Origin: Octopus sinensis
Taxonomy: Eukaryota
Assembly: GCF_006345805.1 (NCBI RefSeq)
Contig: NC_042998.1
Location: 16,058,001 to 16,122,000, forward strand
Length of the DNA stretch: 64,000 nucleotides
Reading direction: 5' to 3'
Under the pieces are notes generated by a model. That model was given only the letters and a program-made list of their open reading frames with translations, was not told the DNA's origin and did not search any database. The position numbers and the translations under genes were made by a program. How positions within the stretch are numbered: position 1 is the first letter of the stretch; the number at the start of each line of letters is the position of its first letter. Below are positions 12,931 through 25,790 of this stretch, piece by piece.

Positions 12931-13392
12931 CAAGTAAAAGGTAAGCGATACAGATATGAATGCGTATGTATGTATGTATGTATGTATGTATGTATGTATG
13001 TATGCATGCATGTATCTATCTATCAGTTTGTGCGTATGTCTGTCTGTCAGTCTATCTATCTATTTATCTATCTCAATATATATATATATATAAGAAATTA
13101 ACTGAGAAAAAGTTAATACGAAGAGTACTCCATCCAATGAGAGTTCAGTATTTTCAAAACATTTCAACTACATGCAATTATCGCACCACTAATAATTTCC
13201 TGTACATGCGTATGTTCGTCAGATGCCAAAAGCACTATATTCAAAGAATTTAGTTTAACTCTATTTAAACTAAAATGTTGGGAGGATAGTGCGATTTGAG
13301 CCTGACGAACGTACGCATGTACGGGAAACATTAATAGCGCCAATTAGTAATATATGTATATATATATATAATATATATATATATATACACAT

Positions 13393-13440
<48 letters not shown>

Positions 13441-13441
13441 T

Positions 13442-13493
<52 letters not shown>

Positions 13494-13864
13494 GATAGAT
13501 AGAGAGAGAGAGATACATAGATGCATAGGTAGATACACAGATAGATACTTAGATTGATATATCGATTGATCGATGGATAGATGGATAGATAATAGATAAA
13601 TAAATAAACAGATAGATAGACAGATATAATTTTATGTATGAGAAAAAATCCCAGATCCATTAATATGAAGTTAATATCTTTGGTCTTTCACTGATACGCT
13701 GGATATAGCCGGAGAACTAGGATTACTGCCACCTCTTTAAAAGGATTTATATCGTTTATTTAGTTATATACGTGTGTGTATGTGTATGTGTGTGTGTATA
13801 TACATATATAATATATATATGTATATATATGTATGTTTATATATATAAACATACATATATATAC

Positions 13865-13917
<53 letters not shown>

Positions 13918-14938
13918 CATATATATATATATACATACATACATACATACATACATACATACATACATACATACATACATACATACATACATACATACAT
14001 ACATACACATACGTATATATTCTTCTAACACCTACATTTTTATTATTGCTTTCATACGTCTATTGCTGTTTTCCTATATGTTCAATTTAACGTAAGATAT
14101 GTGGAGATGCCGTAAAACTATTCAGAATTAAAATGCTTTATATCTCTCAAATATCATTTAATTTTGCTGTGAAGAATGTTATTAACACTAAACTTATTTC
14201 GTTTGTCAAATTCAACATAACTGTAGACCATTTAAACTGAAACGTCTAAAGTATAGGTGTAAAAATTTAAAAATTGGTTGTTTCTTTTCCACAAGCAACT
14301 ACATGAATATCGAAATTGTAAGAATAGCTATTTCATTCGTCTGTAAGAATGATTTTATTGTCTCTTCGTGATTTTAGTGTTGAATAATTTGTTCACTCTT
14401 TTTATTAAATATAAAATTTGGTACCTAGGAAAATTTCAGCTTCATATAAAGCTGAATAAATATAATTTAATAGAAATAACCTACAACAAAACTGAAAGAT
14501 TTTTCACGACGATTGATCATTATTAGATTAATCTTGGCTGTGCTACGAATACAAATTTCTCTCTACGATATTATTATGTGAACACATCAAATTCTACTGG
14601 TATATAAAATTATATAATGTAACCCGTTTATCGTTGCACAAATTTCTAGCATTGTTATTAGTTTTTTTTTTTTAGTTTTGCTTTGTTTTCATTTTACTTT
14701 CAGAAGGAAATAACTGAATCAAGAACGAACAGTCACATGTAACAAACTTTACTTTAATGTAAATTTTATTTTAAATTTTGTTGTTTTTGAATGAGCTGCA
14801 GATTTTGCTGATGTTGCATTCTCAGGGAATCTCCTCTTGCTGTCGTAAACGTGTCAAATACGATAATCGACGACTAATTCAAACTAACTAACACACGCAA
14901 AAAGACAAAACATATATATGTGTATGTGTATATATATG

Positions 14939-14977
<39 letters not shown>

Positions 14978-14982
14978 CTGTA

Positions 14983-15029
<47 letters not shown>

Positions 15030-15049
15030 TACATATATATATATATATA

Positions 15050-15260
15050 GTTAATCCAAACAAGAAAACACGAAAAAACAAAGAACACAACAACACAAGG
15101 ACGTGGAACGAATAAAGTATTATTGGACGCTCAGGAAAGAAGGGAAGAAGGAGGGTTTAACGTTTCGAGCGGAGCTCTTCGTCGGAAACATAGGAGAAGG
15201 AAAGATCCCGAGAAGGGAAGACACAGGAAAAAAATCGCCAACGGTACTCACGAGGTCACA
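15050..15260 (-). mobile_element. Penelope-like terminal repeat (family P2) with hammerhead-like fold
   Basis: Minus 15189-15155: GTTT-CCGACGA-A-GAGC(tcc)GCTC-GAAA-CG-TT-AAAC; homologous to 35890-36090. Confidence 0.65.
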
Positions 15261-15309
15261 TATATACATATATATGTATATATATATATATAGAGAGAGA
15301 GAAAGAGAT

Positions 15310-15357
<48 letters not shown>

Positions 15358-15422
15358 GGAGAGAGAGAGACATACATGCACACATGTATACACGTTTTTC
15401 ATCTTTTATATATATATATATA

Positions 15423-16515
15423 CTATCAGTATAGCCCGGTTTTGCTCGGGATTAAGTTAGGATTAAGCTAATCAAGCTCTTTATTTCGAACCAAACGAAG
15501 TAACATCGACGTGAAATCTGAGCGAAATCCGTTGAAATTAGTAACATTTTGTCTGAAAATGAGTTGTAGACAATTTGGTTGGGAGATCCCATAAGGAATT
15601 GGTTTATCTATTTTTCCACTCATCGATTTTTTTTCGTTTTTGGAGAACTTAAAGCATTCAAAGATCCCATGTGTCCTAAGTAATGCTGGCATCATGTTTG
15701 AAAAATACATCAAAATTGGTAAACATGATGGTTGAAAATGGGGTGCAGCCAATTTTAGTGAGAAGTCCTATAAGGAATCGGTTTATCGATTTTTTTTTAT
15801 CCTGATTAAATAGAAAACCCCACAAGGAATCAATTTATTTATTTTTCGCTCCAAATAGAACTTAATCGAACTCAACATTGCTGATTCAAAAACATCTATA
15901 TTAATACTTTAAAGTTGGTTTTCATACCCAACCCAGTGTTGCGACGGAAGCGCATGGGTTGGGAGTTTGAGCGGCAGAAGGGATCAGGTTGAAAACACCA
16001 CCCCCATCATGTAATCCCCCTTTGCCCATGGGTTGGGAACCCTTCTAGCAAGGAAAATAGAACGCCCTAAAGGGTCCCCGATCCTTTGTGTGAGAAGCGT
16101 TTATGTTCAGATCACGACTAAGTTTTGTGAGAGGAATAGAGAGGGTTACCTTCTCCCACACAGATGTGAGAGTCAGATCTCTCCATTCGAAAACACGAAC
16201 AGCTTCGAAACACTGTTTACAAAATGCAAAGTTAGCACCCAGACGTAAGTTTTGTAAAAGGAATAGAGAGGCTTACCTTCTCCCACACAGATGTGAGTGT
16301 CAGAATTCTCCTTTCGAAAACATGAACAATTTCGAAACATTGTTTACAAAATACAAATTTGGCACCCGGACGTAAGTTTTGTAAGAGGAATTGAGAGACA
16401 TACCTTCTCCAACAGAGATGTGAGAGTCAGACCTCTTCTTTCGAAAACATGTATAGTTTCGAAACATTGTTTACAAAATAATAGCTAATCGTTTGCAAAG
16501 GAGCGTGTCTCGGGC

Positions 16516-16558
<43 letters not shown>

Positions 16559-17073
16559 ACACACACACGCACACACACACACACACGCACACACTTACAC
16601 ACACACACACACCACACACACACGCGCGCATACATTGCATACATGTGTTTTGTACGCATACATGTTCGTGTGTGTATGTGACTGAAGCCATTCACACATA
16701 CATACATAACAACCCCTCTGTGTCGGTTTTGGCCTCTCAATCACTTACTAATATGACGAAATGTTTAAAATCTGTTCTCTCTCTCTCTCTATCTCTCTCT
16801 CTCTCTCCCCTCTCTTTACACCGTCGCTAGAAGGGGAATTAACTCATATTTGCAAATGGCGTATGTTTCCGAATTGAAAATTGTTAGAAGTTATGGCTCA
16901 AAATTATTTTAAACTCTACTCGCTGGGGCCTCGGGGGAAAATAATTTGACGAAAATACAGCTAACGTCGTGACGAATGTCCTCCTAAAATTTGAGCGACA
17001 TGCGTGCTAATTTGTGGATGTGCATAAACTACATTTACGTACACACACATATCCTGCCTTTTATATATACCGA
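15423..17073 (-). mobile_element. Non-autonomous Helitron-like element
   Basis: Minus strand starts A|TCggtatatataaaagg and ends with hairpin cccg-agcaaaac-cggg then ATAG|T (CTRR with one change); no TIR or TSD; internal tandem repeats. Confidence 0.6.
16113..16480. repeat. 127-bp tandem repeat, about 3 copies
   Basis: aagttttgt recurs at 16120, 16247 and 16374. Confidence 0.9.
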
Positions 17074-17136
17074 TGTATGTATGTATGTATGTTTATATAT
17101 ATATGTGTGTATGTATATATATGTGTGTATGTGTAA

Positions 17137-17347
17137 GCGTTAGCACGCCGGGCGAAATGATTTGCGGTATTTCGTCTGCCGTTACGTTCTGAGTTCAAAT
17201 TCCGCCGAGGTCGACTTTGCCTTTCATCCTTTCGGGGTCGATAAATAACGTACCAGCTTCGCACTGGGGTCGATGTAATCGACTTAATCCCTTTGTCTGT
17301 CCTTGTTTGTCCCCTCTATGTTTAGCCCCTTGTGGGCAATAAAGAAA
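17137..17347 (+). mobile_element. SINE family B (B1), 5'-clipped
   Basis: gcgttagcacgccgggcgaaat...gtgggcaataaagaaat. Confidence 0.9.
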
Positions 17348-18443
17348 TATATATATATGTGTATACACACATACATACACATACATATACATACACACAT
17401 ATGGTGTTACAAGAAACACTTGATGCTTCGGTTGGCTGCGTTAATTAATATTCATTTCAAAAGTTGTTCATGTCACTAATAACTAATTTACACACTGTCG
17501 CCAGCTTCGCGTGAAATCACTGGCTGCTTGTATTACACTATAGATGTTTGAGTGCGTCTCAGGCACTCGGTGCTTCCCTCCGACTGATGATCCGCAATAA
17601 GGTGAAATACCGTGATATAGTTGTGTCATCTGATGACGATGACTTTCGTGTTATAAAGGACACGTTTATTTTGAATTGGATGCACTATTGCATATAGGTG
17701 GTTGTACGTGTTTGTGTGTATGTGTGTCTCTGAGGTTCAGCGCGCGTGTGTGTTCGTTTGTGAACAAATACGATCCAGTAATCCAGGTGGAGGGTGCGTG
17801 TATGTTTTAAGCAATATGCGGTTAGTATAGAGAATAAACTTTGGACAATATGCGATAAAATACCAATTTTTTAACCTTTTTAAATTACACACTTTTTCAC
17901 ATATCGCTGTTACAAATAATTTCGATGTGATGGTTGTTTCCATACAACTCACTATAAGCAAATAATGTTGATATACATGCCGATAAAACGAAAATAAAAA
18001 AGTATTAGAGGATTGGTACAGGCAGAAGGTAAACTACATATCTTTGTTAACTTGCTGAAGCTTATCATGTATCTATTTCGTAACGTACTCTCCTCAGCGC
18101 AGCTAATTATTACACTGAAAACACCCCGAAGAAGTTTACATTATAACGTGTAACTATTAGTGACAAATGCAGTATTAAAACAAAACGTCAATCATAATAT
18201 AAAAATTAACTTGGATATATTGTTAAAGCATCGAATACGGGTTTTTTAACTTGAGAGGACATCTTATATATAGATGTATGGTACATGAAAGCTTCTGCGC
18301 TAATAATTATTCTTTAATAAGTTTGTCGGCTATTTGCAACATCCAGGCCTGAATGTTCATTGAAACTCTATATATGTCCACGTCAATAATATTTGGCAGA
18401 CAAGGGGCATATCGAAATCAAATGTTCTGGCAAGGTAAGTGTT

Positions 18444-18540
<97 letters not shown>

Positions 18541-18711
18541 GTCTACCTATCTATCTATCTGTCTGTCTGTCTGTCTGTACATATGCATGTATGTATGATG
18601 TATCTATCAATGTGCATATAACACACAGACACATACATATACACACATATAACATAATTGACAGGCCAAATATATATATATGCATGTATGATAGATCGCT
18701 AGCCACTACAG

Positions 18712-18782
18712 ATTCTTGAATTTCTCTCGTTTCTTTTTGTGTTCATTTCTGTGGAAGAGCGTAGGCTCGAAACGTTAAAGAC
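18712..18782 (+). mobile_element. P1 Penelope-like end fragment with hammerhead-like fold
   Basis: TTT-CTGTGGA-A-GAGC(gtag)GCTC-GAAA-CG-TT-AAA at 18746-18779. Confidence 0.6.
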
Positions 18783-18974
18783 GTGTATAAATAGGTGTAG
18801 GCGTGACTGTGATAAAAAAGTTTGTTTCTCTTCCACACATTTCCGAGTGCGTCGCATCTTATGTCAGTGTGTCGTACAATAGCCTCAATTAACCAAAGTA
18901 TTGTCAGTAGATTTTCTACACAGAAACTGAAAGAACTATGTGTGTGTGTGTGTGTGTGTGTCTGCTCGCACGAG

Positions 18975-19190
18975 CATATGTCTTTGCTTCCGTGTTTATC
19001 CACCCACCATTGTTTGACATTCGGTGTTGGCGTTTCACGTCCCCGTAAGCTAGCATTTCGGCAAGATAATCCGATAGAATAAGTAAACGAATAAATACTG
19101 GGATCAATTAATCCGACTAAAATCCTTCAAGGTGGTGCCCCGCCATGGCTATAGTCTAACAACTGCAACAAGTTACAGATAAAAATAAAT
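18975..19190 (+). mobile_element. Degenerate SINE A-like 3' half
   Basis: cacgtccccgtaagctagc...ggtggtgccccgccatggctatagtc resembles the family A tail. Confidence 0.6.
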
Positions 19191-19204
19191 TATCTATTTA
19201 TATA

Positions 19205-19429
19205 TACTCTTTTACTTGCTTCAGTCATTTGACTGCGGCCATGCTGGAGCACCGCCTTTAGTCGAGCAAATCGACCCCGGGTCTTATTCTTTGTAAGCCC
19301 AGTACTTATTATATCGGTCTCTTTTGCCGAACCGCTAAGTGACGAGGACATAAACACACCAGCATCGGTTGTCAAACAATGCTAGGGGGTCAAACACAGA
19401 CAAAGACACACCACACAACACACACACAC

Positions 19430-19479
<50 letters not shown>

Positions 19480-19663
19480 TATATATATATACATATATAC
19501 GACAACCTTCTTTCAGTTTCCGTCTACCAAATCCACTCACCAGGCATTGGTTGGCTCGGGGCTATAGCAAAAGACACTTGCCCAAGATGCCATGCAGTGG
19601 GACTGAACCCGGAACCATGTGGTTGGTTAGCAAGCTACTTACCACACAGCCACTCCTGAGCCT
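19205..19663 (-). mobile_element. SINE family A, full length
   Basis: Reverse complement of the 53786-54200 copy; internal (CA)n/(TA)n. Confidence 0.9.
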
Positions 19664-20187
19664 GTGAAATTATTATACACAAAATTTTATAAAGTGCTGC
19701 TCACAGTTTCATGCCATATGCTAATGCTTCCTCAGGTAGAATACGATTCATCTTTGTTGGATTTCTTTGAGTATTCACAGCTATTTTCTACTTCTATATT
19801 ATATCTTTCTATTTATATAATTGTTGTAAAATGTAACTTGATATAAGAATATAAAAACGGCAACACAAAGCTGGCGTCCGGTGCAGAATCAAATATAATT
19901 AGCTATTGAAGCCTGCTATTTCCATCTTCGTGTCGTGTAACTCTTATGTTAATACTGTATAATGTCGGAGGTCCAAATGTTTATCCAGCTTTGGAAAATA
20001 TCCTGCTGAAGATACATTTATTGCAAGTTAATTATATGCCAGATCATACAGTGACCAATGCTTTCGCATCTACAAATTTCGTAGCTTTATAGACGGCTCG
20101 TCAGACTCCATTGGTCAGTGTGAATATATGCAATATATATTGTCATTGTTAAAGTGTCCAAGGAGTTTAGTATGTATATATATACAT

Positions 20188-21040
20188 TGTACTTGTGATA
20201 TTTTACTGTTTTTACCTCCATATCTTCGTGAGTTATGTTTGAGTAAACATTTTCTGAGAGAAATTTTCTTAAAGTAGTGGAAATGGCTAAAAAACGTTTT
20301 GGCTGCTATTTCTAGAAAGTTCAGTATGTGGCAAAGTAATTTATTTTACTAAGCCCTAATTATATAATGTAATATTTTGAATTCGCCTTAAATGGACCTT
20401 TTACATACTAAACACTACTTTGGTGAACTTGATTAATAACTAATTAATTTTACCCTCAATTGTTGATATTATAATTCCTTTCTCTCTGTTCTATTGCTAC
20501 GGTTCTCACCGTTAAAGTATATGTTTACTAGATAACTCACATGGGTGGAAGGGGAGAGAACATGAATCTTCGCTTGTACATTTTGAATTTGCTAGTACTG
20601 GCAGTCTGAGCGTGTTCGTCTGAGGTGATACGTTGTTGGAGGGGTATGTTCATTCTTTTAGTGCTTTCAAATCCCAAATTAAGAAATGTTGAGCTGACGA
20701 AGGAAATGCTGAGTTTTATTTGGCTAATCTAGAAACGTTGACGTTCTCAAATGATCTTTGTACTTGTGATATTTTACTGGTTTTACCTCCATATCTTCGT
20801 GAGTTATGTTTGAGTAAACATTTACTGAGAGAAATTTTCTTAAAGTAGTGGAAATGGCTAAAAAACGTTTTGGCTGCTATTTCTAGAAATTTCAGTATGT
20901 GGCAAAGTAATTTATTTTACTAAGCCCTAATTATATAATGTAATATTTTGAATTCGCCTTAAATGGTCCTTTTACATACTAAACACTACTTTGGTGAAAT
21001 TGATTAATAACTAATTAATTTTACCCTCAATTGTTGATAT
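20188..21040 (+). mobile_element. 571-bp-period partial tandem element (about 1.5 units) carrying a hammerhead; retrozyme/PLE-like
   Basis: Direct repeats 20188-20470 and 20759-21040 with about 5 mismatches; hammerhead in the unique part; (TA)n on both flanks; no ORF. Confidence 0.7.
20689..20750 (+). ncRNA. Type-I hammerhead ribozyme motif
   Basis: Stem I TTGAG/CTCAA, core CTGACGA, imperfect stem II (20701-20731), GAAA, stem III ACGT-tg-ACGT, cleavage triplet GUU at 20743-20745. Confidence 0.7.
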
Positions 21041-21578
21041 ATATATATATATATCGGTGAGGAATACGCACAAGCTAACCTATATCTCTACAGGTGAGCC
21101 AGGTAATTTCATCATATGTTTCGTAACTTTAACATTATTCGACTTCACCCTAAATCCGAATTAATGATTTCTAAGTTGCTGTCAGGTCAACTTGATACAG
21201 GTATTATATTTAACATATTCATTTATCAAAATTAGTGAAAAACAGTCAATTCTAAGTTGCCAAATTCTAACTTTTCAGTCGATAAATACATACCACGAAA
21301 TCCGTAAAATTGTATTCCATTGATCAATTTATAAATCCAATGTTCATAGAGTGAGTAAATTCAGTATATGCTGAATAGTTAATTATACATACTTAATTAC
21401 ATTACTTGGGTTTCTATGTATTGGTATTACATATTTCCACGATTTATTAATGATGTATAATAATGGATCACTCTTTTAGTCACTAGCATTCTACAGAAAA
21501 ATTAACACCAATATGTGCTTGTCAAAGCTTCAACACACTACTTAGAATAGAAACAAGAGTTGACTATACGAGAGAGAG

Positions 21579-21620
21579 ATGAAGATAAACTTTGAACTGT
21601 TTGGCCAAAACGAGGAGCAG
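21579..21620 (+). CDS. Weak candidate first coding exon (MKINFELFGQNEEQ)
   Basis: ATG plus 14 open codons ending CAG|GTATGT donor; no homology recognised. Confidence 0.15.
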
Positions 21621-22040
21621 GTATGTATATTAGCATGTTTAGTATTGTAAGTTTTATGCAGTATTAAAATAAGGTATATAGAAACTCCTTCCGCCGTGAA
21701 GCTGTTATTAAACTAAAAACAATCTGGAGAGAACAAATGTAAATAAATGTTCATAACGTATATAATTTAAGTTTCAATAGAATTCCATTTTATCAGTATT
21801 ACCTTTAAATATAGGTTTGGATTGAATAAATATTTGTAAGAATGTCAAAGTAAATGCTGTTTCTTAGAGGAATAATCATTTAAATATTTAAATTTAAGAA
21901 AATTATGAAACAGTTAAGAACTTGATATAACAAAACTTAAATTAGATATAAATTTATAATAAAATAACAATAGTACAAATAATTCAAAATGATTAAATTA
22001 AAATAGGACAAAGTATCAAATTGCAGACGCTTAGGTTTTA

Positions 22041-22071
<31 letters not shown>

Positions 22072-22073
22072 GT

Positions 22074-22287
22074 CTTTTACTCTTTTACTTTTTTACTTGT
22101 TTCAGTCATTTGACTGCGGCCATGCTGGAGCACTGCCTTTAGTCGAGCAAATCGACCCCGGGACTTATTCTTTGGAAGTCCAGTACTTATTCTATCGGTC
22201 TCTTTTGCCGAACCGCTAAGTGACGGGGACGTAACACACAAGCATCGGTTGTCAAGTGATGTTAGGGGGACAACCACAGACACACTA

Positions 22288-22350
<63 letters not shown>

Positions 22351-22502
22351 TACGACAGGCTTCTTTTCAGTTTGCGTCTACCAAATCCACTCACAAGGCA
22401 TTGGTCGGCCCGGGGCTATAGCAGAAGACACTTGTCCAAGATTCCACGCAGTGGGACTGAACCCGGAACCATGTGGTTGGTTAGCAAGCTACTTACCACA
22501 CT
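22074..22502 (-). mobile_element. SINE family A, head clipped by about 20 nt
   Basis: Matches family A; flanked by (AAT)n. Confidence 0.9.
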
Positions 22503-22510
22503 CTTTAAAG

Positions 22511-22536
22511 TTAATAATAATAATAATAATAATAAT

Positions 22537-22610
<74 letters not shown>
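22511..22610. repeat. (AAT)n microsatellite
   Basis: Direct reading. Confidence 0.95.
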
Positions 22611-22611
<1 letters not shown>

Positions 22612-22704
22612 TTGCTGGACCTCTGCGAAATTCACGGAAAACATTAAAAATGTAAACATCTGTAAACAGTGTACTGACGCCATGAGAAATGTTTGTGTAT
22701 TATG

Positions 22705-22830
22705 ACCGACTGTCTTTACGTTCTGAATTCAAATTCTGTCGAAGTCGACGTTACCTTTCGCCCTTTGGGCTCGAGAAATTGAGTACAAGTTATGTACTGG
22801 CTCGATCTAATCACTGGCCACATCCCCGTA
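22705..22830 (+). mobile_element. Degenerate SINE B
   Basis: acgttctgaattcaaattctgtcgaagtcgac...cctttgggctcga resembles the B core. Confidence 0.55.
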
Positions 22831-23020
22831 AAAGTTTCAGACGTAGAAAAGTATATTCTGACAGTTACATAATATCAAAATTAATGTAAAACCAATGACT
22901 ATATAATCTAACCAAAATATCTGTTATACAAACGTAAACGAAATTACTATTTAACCTTAGAATACATCTTATAATTTCAAAGAACCTTCTTGGTTTAGTG
23001 GTACGGAACGTTTTTCTGGT

Positions 23021-23230
23021 ATTCTTTTATTCTTTTACTTGCTTCGGTCATTTGATGGTGGCCTTGCTAGAGAATCACTCTTTAGTCGAAGAAATTGACC
23101 CCTGGACTTATTCCTTGTAAGCCTAGTGCTTATTCTATCAGTCTCTCCTGCTAAACAGCTATATTACAGGGTCGCCAATGCACCAACATCGGTGTGAAGC
23201 ACTGATGGTGGTGGGACAAACACACACACA
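23021..23230 (-). mobile_element. Degenerate SINE A 3' half
   Basis: cttttacttgcttcggtcatttga...gacttattccttgtaagcctagt. Confidence 0.7.
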
Positions 23231-23658
23231 TATATATATAACTAATTGGCGGGCAATTTAAACTGGCCTTGTACATACGTGCATATATATGTATGTATGG
23301 ACGTTCGTATATGTAAGTATAACGTTTGTTCTGCATATATATATATATTTGCATTTATGTGCTTTGATATATTCAACCGATGATGGCAAAGCTTATTTAA
23401 AGCAAAGCTAGAAATCCAGGATCTTGAATTATTCAGTAATTTTTTTTGCTAGTCTATTTTATCCCTCTGTCTTATCTCATGGTGCAATATGAACATTTAA
23501 GGTGGTTTTTAGAATCAGGGATTTGACTGGTATTTCGGCATGGTGGTGTTCCTCAAACACCCTTATTTTTAGTTATAAAAATTATTACCTTTGTATGGTA
23601 TTTTTCCCATGCTGGCCACTTGATAATATCGATATTTAAATATCGATATTATCCTTAT

Positions 23659-23710
<52 letters not shown>

Positions 23711-24049
23711 TACATATACATATATTGACCTACCATAAATGGCTAATATGAGTTGAATGAGACATGCATATCTACATGGCCAAAACAGCTGTAAGATATA
23801 GTCTATATTTATATTTATGTTCTATTATATGTATTCTACTTATTGTATAACGTTACTATGTACACTCCTTCATGTACACTGCTTTACCCTGCATTATTAT
23901 GTTTAACCTTATAGTCTCTTATGTGGTGGTTTAATAAAGTATGTGATTGAGTATTATCTGGTAATTGATATTTGATTTCGATGTATTTCTCCATTTTCTT
24001 ATTTTGTATATATATGTATATATGTATATATATATATGTACCTCATTTC

Positions 24050-24085
<36 letters not shown>

Positions 24086-24395
24086 AGGCTTGTAGGTAGT
24101 AGTGATGGTGTCTGGTGCGATTTTGTGGTTTGCTAGTATGCCGAGAAAGCTCCAGCACACAATCATACACATACATGCACAAACAAACACTAACACATAC
24201 GAGAGGGAGACAGACAGACAGACAGCAAGTGTCAGATAGTTCACCTCCCACCCTCCCTCCCGCCTCTCTCTCTCTCTCTCTTCCTTTTTTCCATTGACTA
24301 GAATTGTTTTAGTTGTCTTCAAAAGTGAAATTGACATCCAGTATTTACTGTAATTATCTACTGATTGACGTATCTACTGTCTCTCTCTCTCTCTA

Positions 24396-24427
<32 letters not shown>

Positions 24428-24672
24428 TCTCTATCTCTCTCTCTGGCGCTCTTCCTCTCTGAAATATTTAAAAAGAGAAAACGAACGCTGTCACCACTCA
24501 CTGTCTCTTTTACTCTCTCTCTTTCTCTCTCACTCTCTCTCTCTCTCCTTCTCTCTTACTTCCTCTCTCTAGCTTTGCCACTTCTTTGAAGTGTGACACA
24601 CACCAAGGTACAATAAACAAAAAGTTAGCGTATTAATATTATTGGTGAAAATAATAATGACAATAATAATAA

Positions 24673-24703
<31 letters not shown>

Positions 24704-24765
24704 TATTATTATTATTATTAATATAATTATTATTATTATAATTAACTCTTATATAATAATAATAA

Positions 24766-25060
24766 TGCTCTTTGAAGTCCATATTTGTTGCAAAGTGTCC
24801 AACGTACAAGCCTGGCTATATCATTGTGGCGTCTCTTATATTCCTTCTGGGCTAGTGGCGTACACTGGCTGGTAATATGCCTTACGGTGTCACCGTTTTG
24901 TCCACAGATTCTGCACTTTTCACTTTCTGATATGTTGTCTATTCTGCATTTTATGTAGTTTGTTGTTAGTGCTTGCTCTTGGGCAGCACAGATTAGAGCC
25001 TCCGTTTCCGGTTTTATAAATGCCCTGATGCAGTACCAGGCAGTGGCTCTCATGGCTTCT
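24766..25060 (-). mobile_element. R4/Dong-like non-LTR retroelement fragment (CCHC region) beside (TAA)n
   Basis: IKPETEALICAAQEQAL...KCRICGQNGDTVRHITSQCTPLAQKEYKRRHNDIARLVRW is the C-terminal CCHC/RH motif typical of RLE-type LINEs; abuts (TAA)n/(TTA)n 24650-24765; the non-coding 25060-25910 may belong to the same element (inference). Confidence 0.8.
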
Positions 25061-25449
25061 GATCTTAAGTGATTGGAAGTATTATCATGTACATTGTTTT
25101 GTCTTGGTATAAAAGATGGGCTACAGCAAATATTCTGCTCAATACCACAGATTTTCTTGTTAATTGTTTGACCGTAACCAGTTTAGCATGTCCCTTAGTG
25201 GCTGATCATATATGCACCTCTGATCACGAGCAGAAGTAGTAGGGAGCATCATAGCCATATGTTGAGAGGAATTATTTCGGATTTGGATAATTCACCTCTG
25301 GAATTATGCAAACCCGATATCCTTTACCATCCTTACACAACCCTTATTCAAGGATGCATTGTGCAGGATGGAATATTCCACCTAACGAAAGTTTATACTT
25401 GGCCCCCACCTTTTAGGTCATGTGCTGTTTATTGTGATATAAGATCACC

Positions 25450-25790
25450 TTGTGACCCCCTTCGGTCAGACACTGACCATGGGTTTGCACCTAGAGAGTT
25501 ACCCTCTGAAGCACAAGTCTGGGCAAGGTTGTTTTATGGAAGACCAGCAGTCGCCCATGCATACCGGCCTCCCCTCTCCACGTCACCGATGTTGTCCAAG
25601 GGAAAAGCAAAGGGGCCGATACAGCTTGGCACCTGTGACGTCGCAACTCATTTCTATAGCTGAGTTAACTGGAGCAACTTGAAATAAAGTGTCCTGCTCA
25701 AGAACACAACACGCAGCCCGGTCCGGGATTCGAGCTCACAACCTCACCATCGTAAGCTCGACGCTCTAACCACTGAGCCACGCGCCTTCA
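25450..25790 (-). mobile_element. SINE family C (tail type 1) with 13-bp TSD
   Basis: tRNA-like head TGGCTCAGTGG...gagctcgaatccc on the minus strand; TSD atataagatcacc at 25437-25449 and 25790-25802. Confidence 0.85.

Noticed and set aside
16113-16480. Hammerhead-like elements (GAGAG/CTCTC hairpin, GAAAC) in the 127-bp repeat
   Set aside because: No CTGANGA core on either strand and wrong spacing to GAAA.
17581-17640. Two CTGATGA motifs with a downstream GAAA
   Set aside because: Stems I and III do not pair; likely chance.
20188-21040. TRIM/LTR interpretation of the direct repeats
   Set aside because: The repeats lack TG...CA ends on either strand and there is no primer-binding site; the hammerhead fits a retrozyme/PLE model better.
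23376-23420. CCGATGA-TGGC...GCTA-GAAA hammerhead-like relic (similar case at 42461-42505)
   Set aside because: Core and stem II are plausible but stems I and III cannot be formed; too decayed to call.
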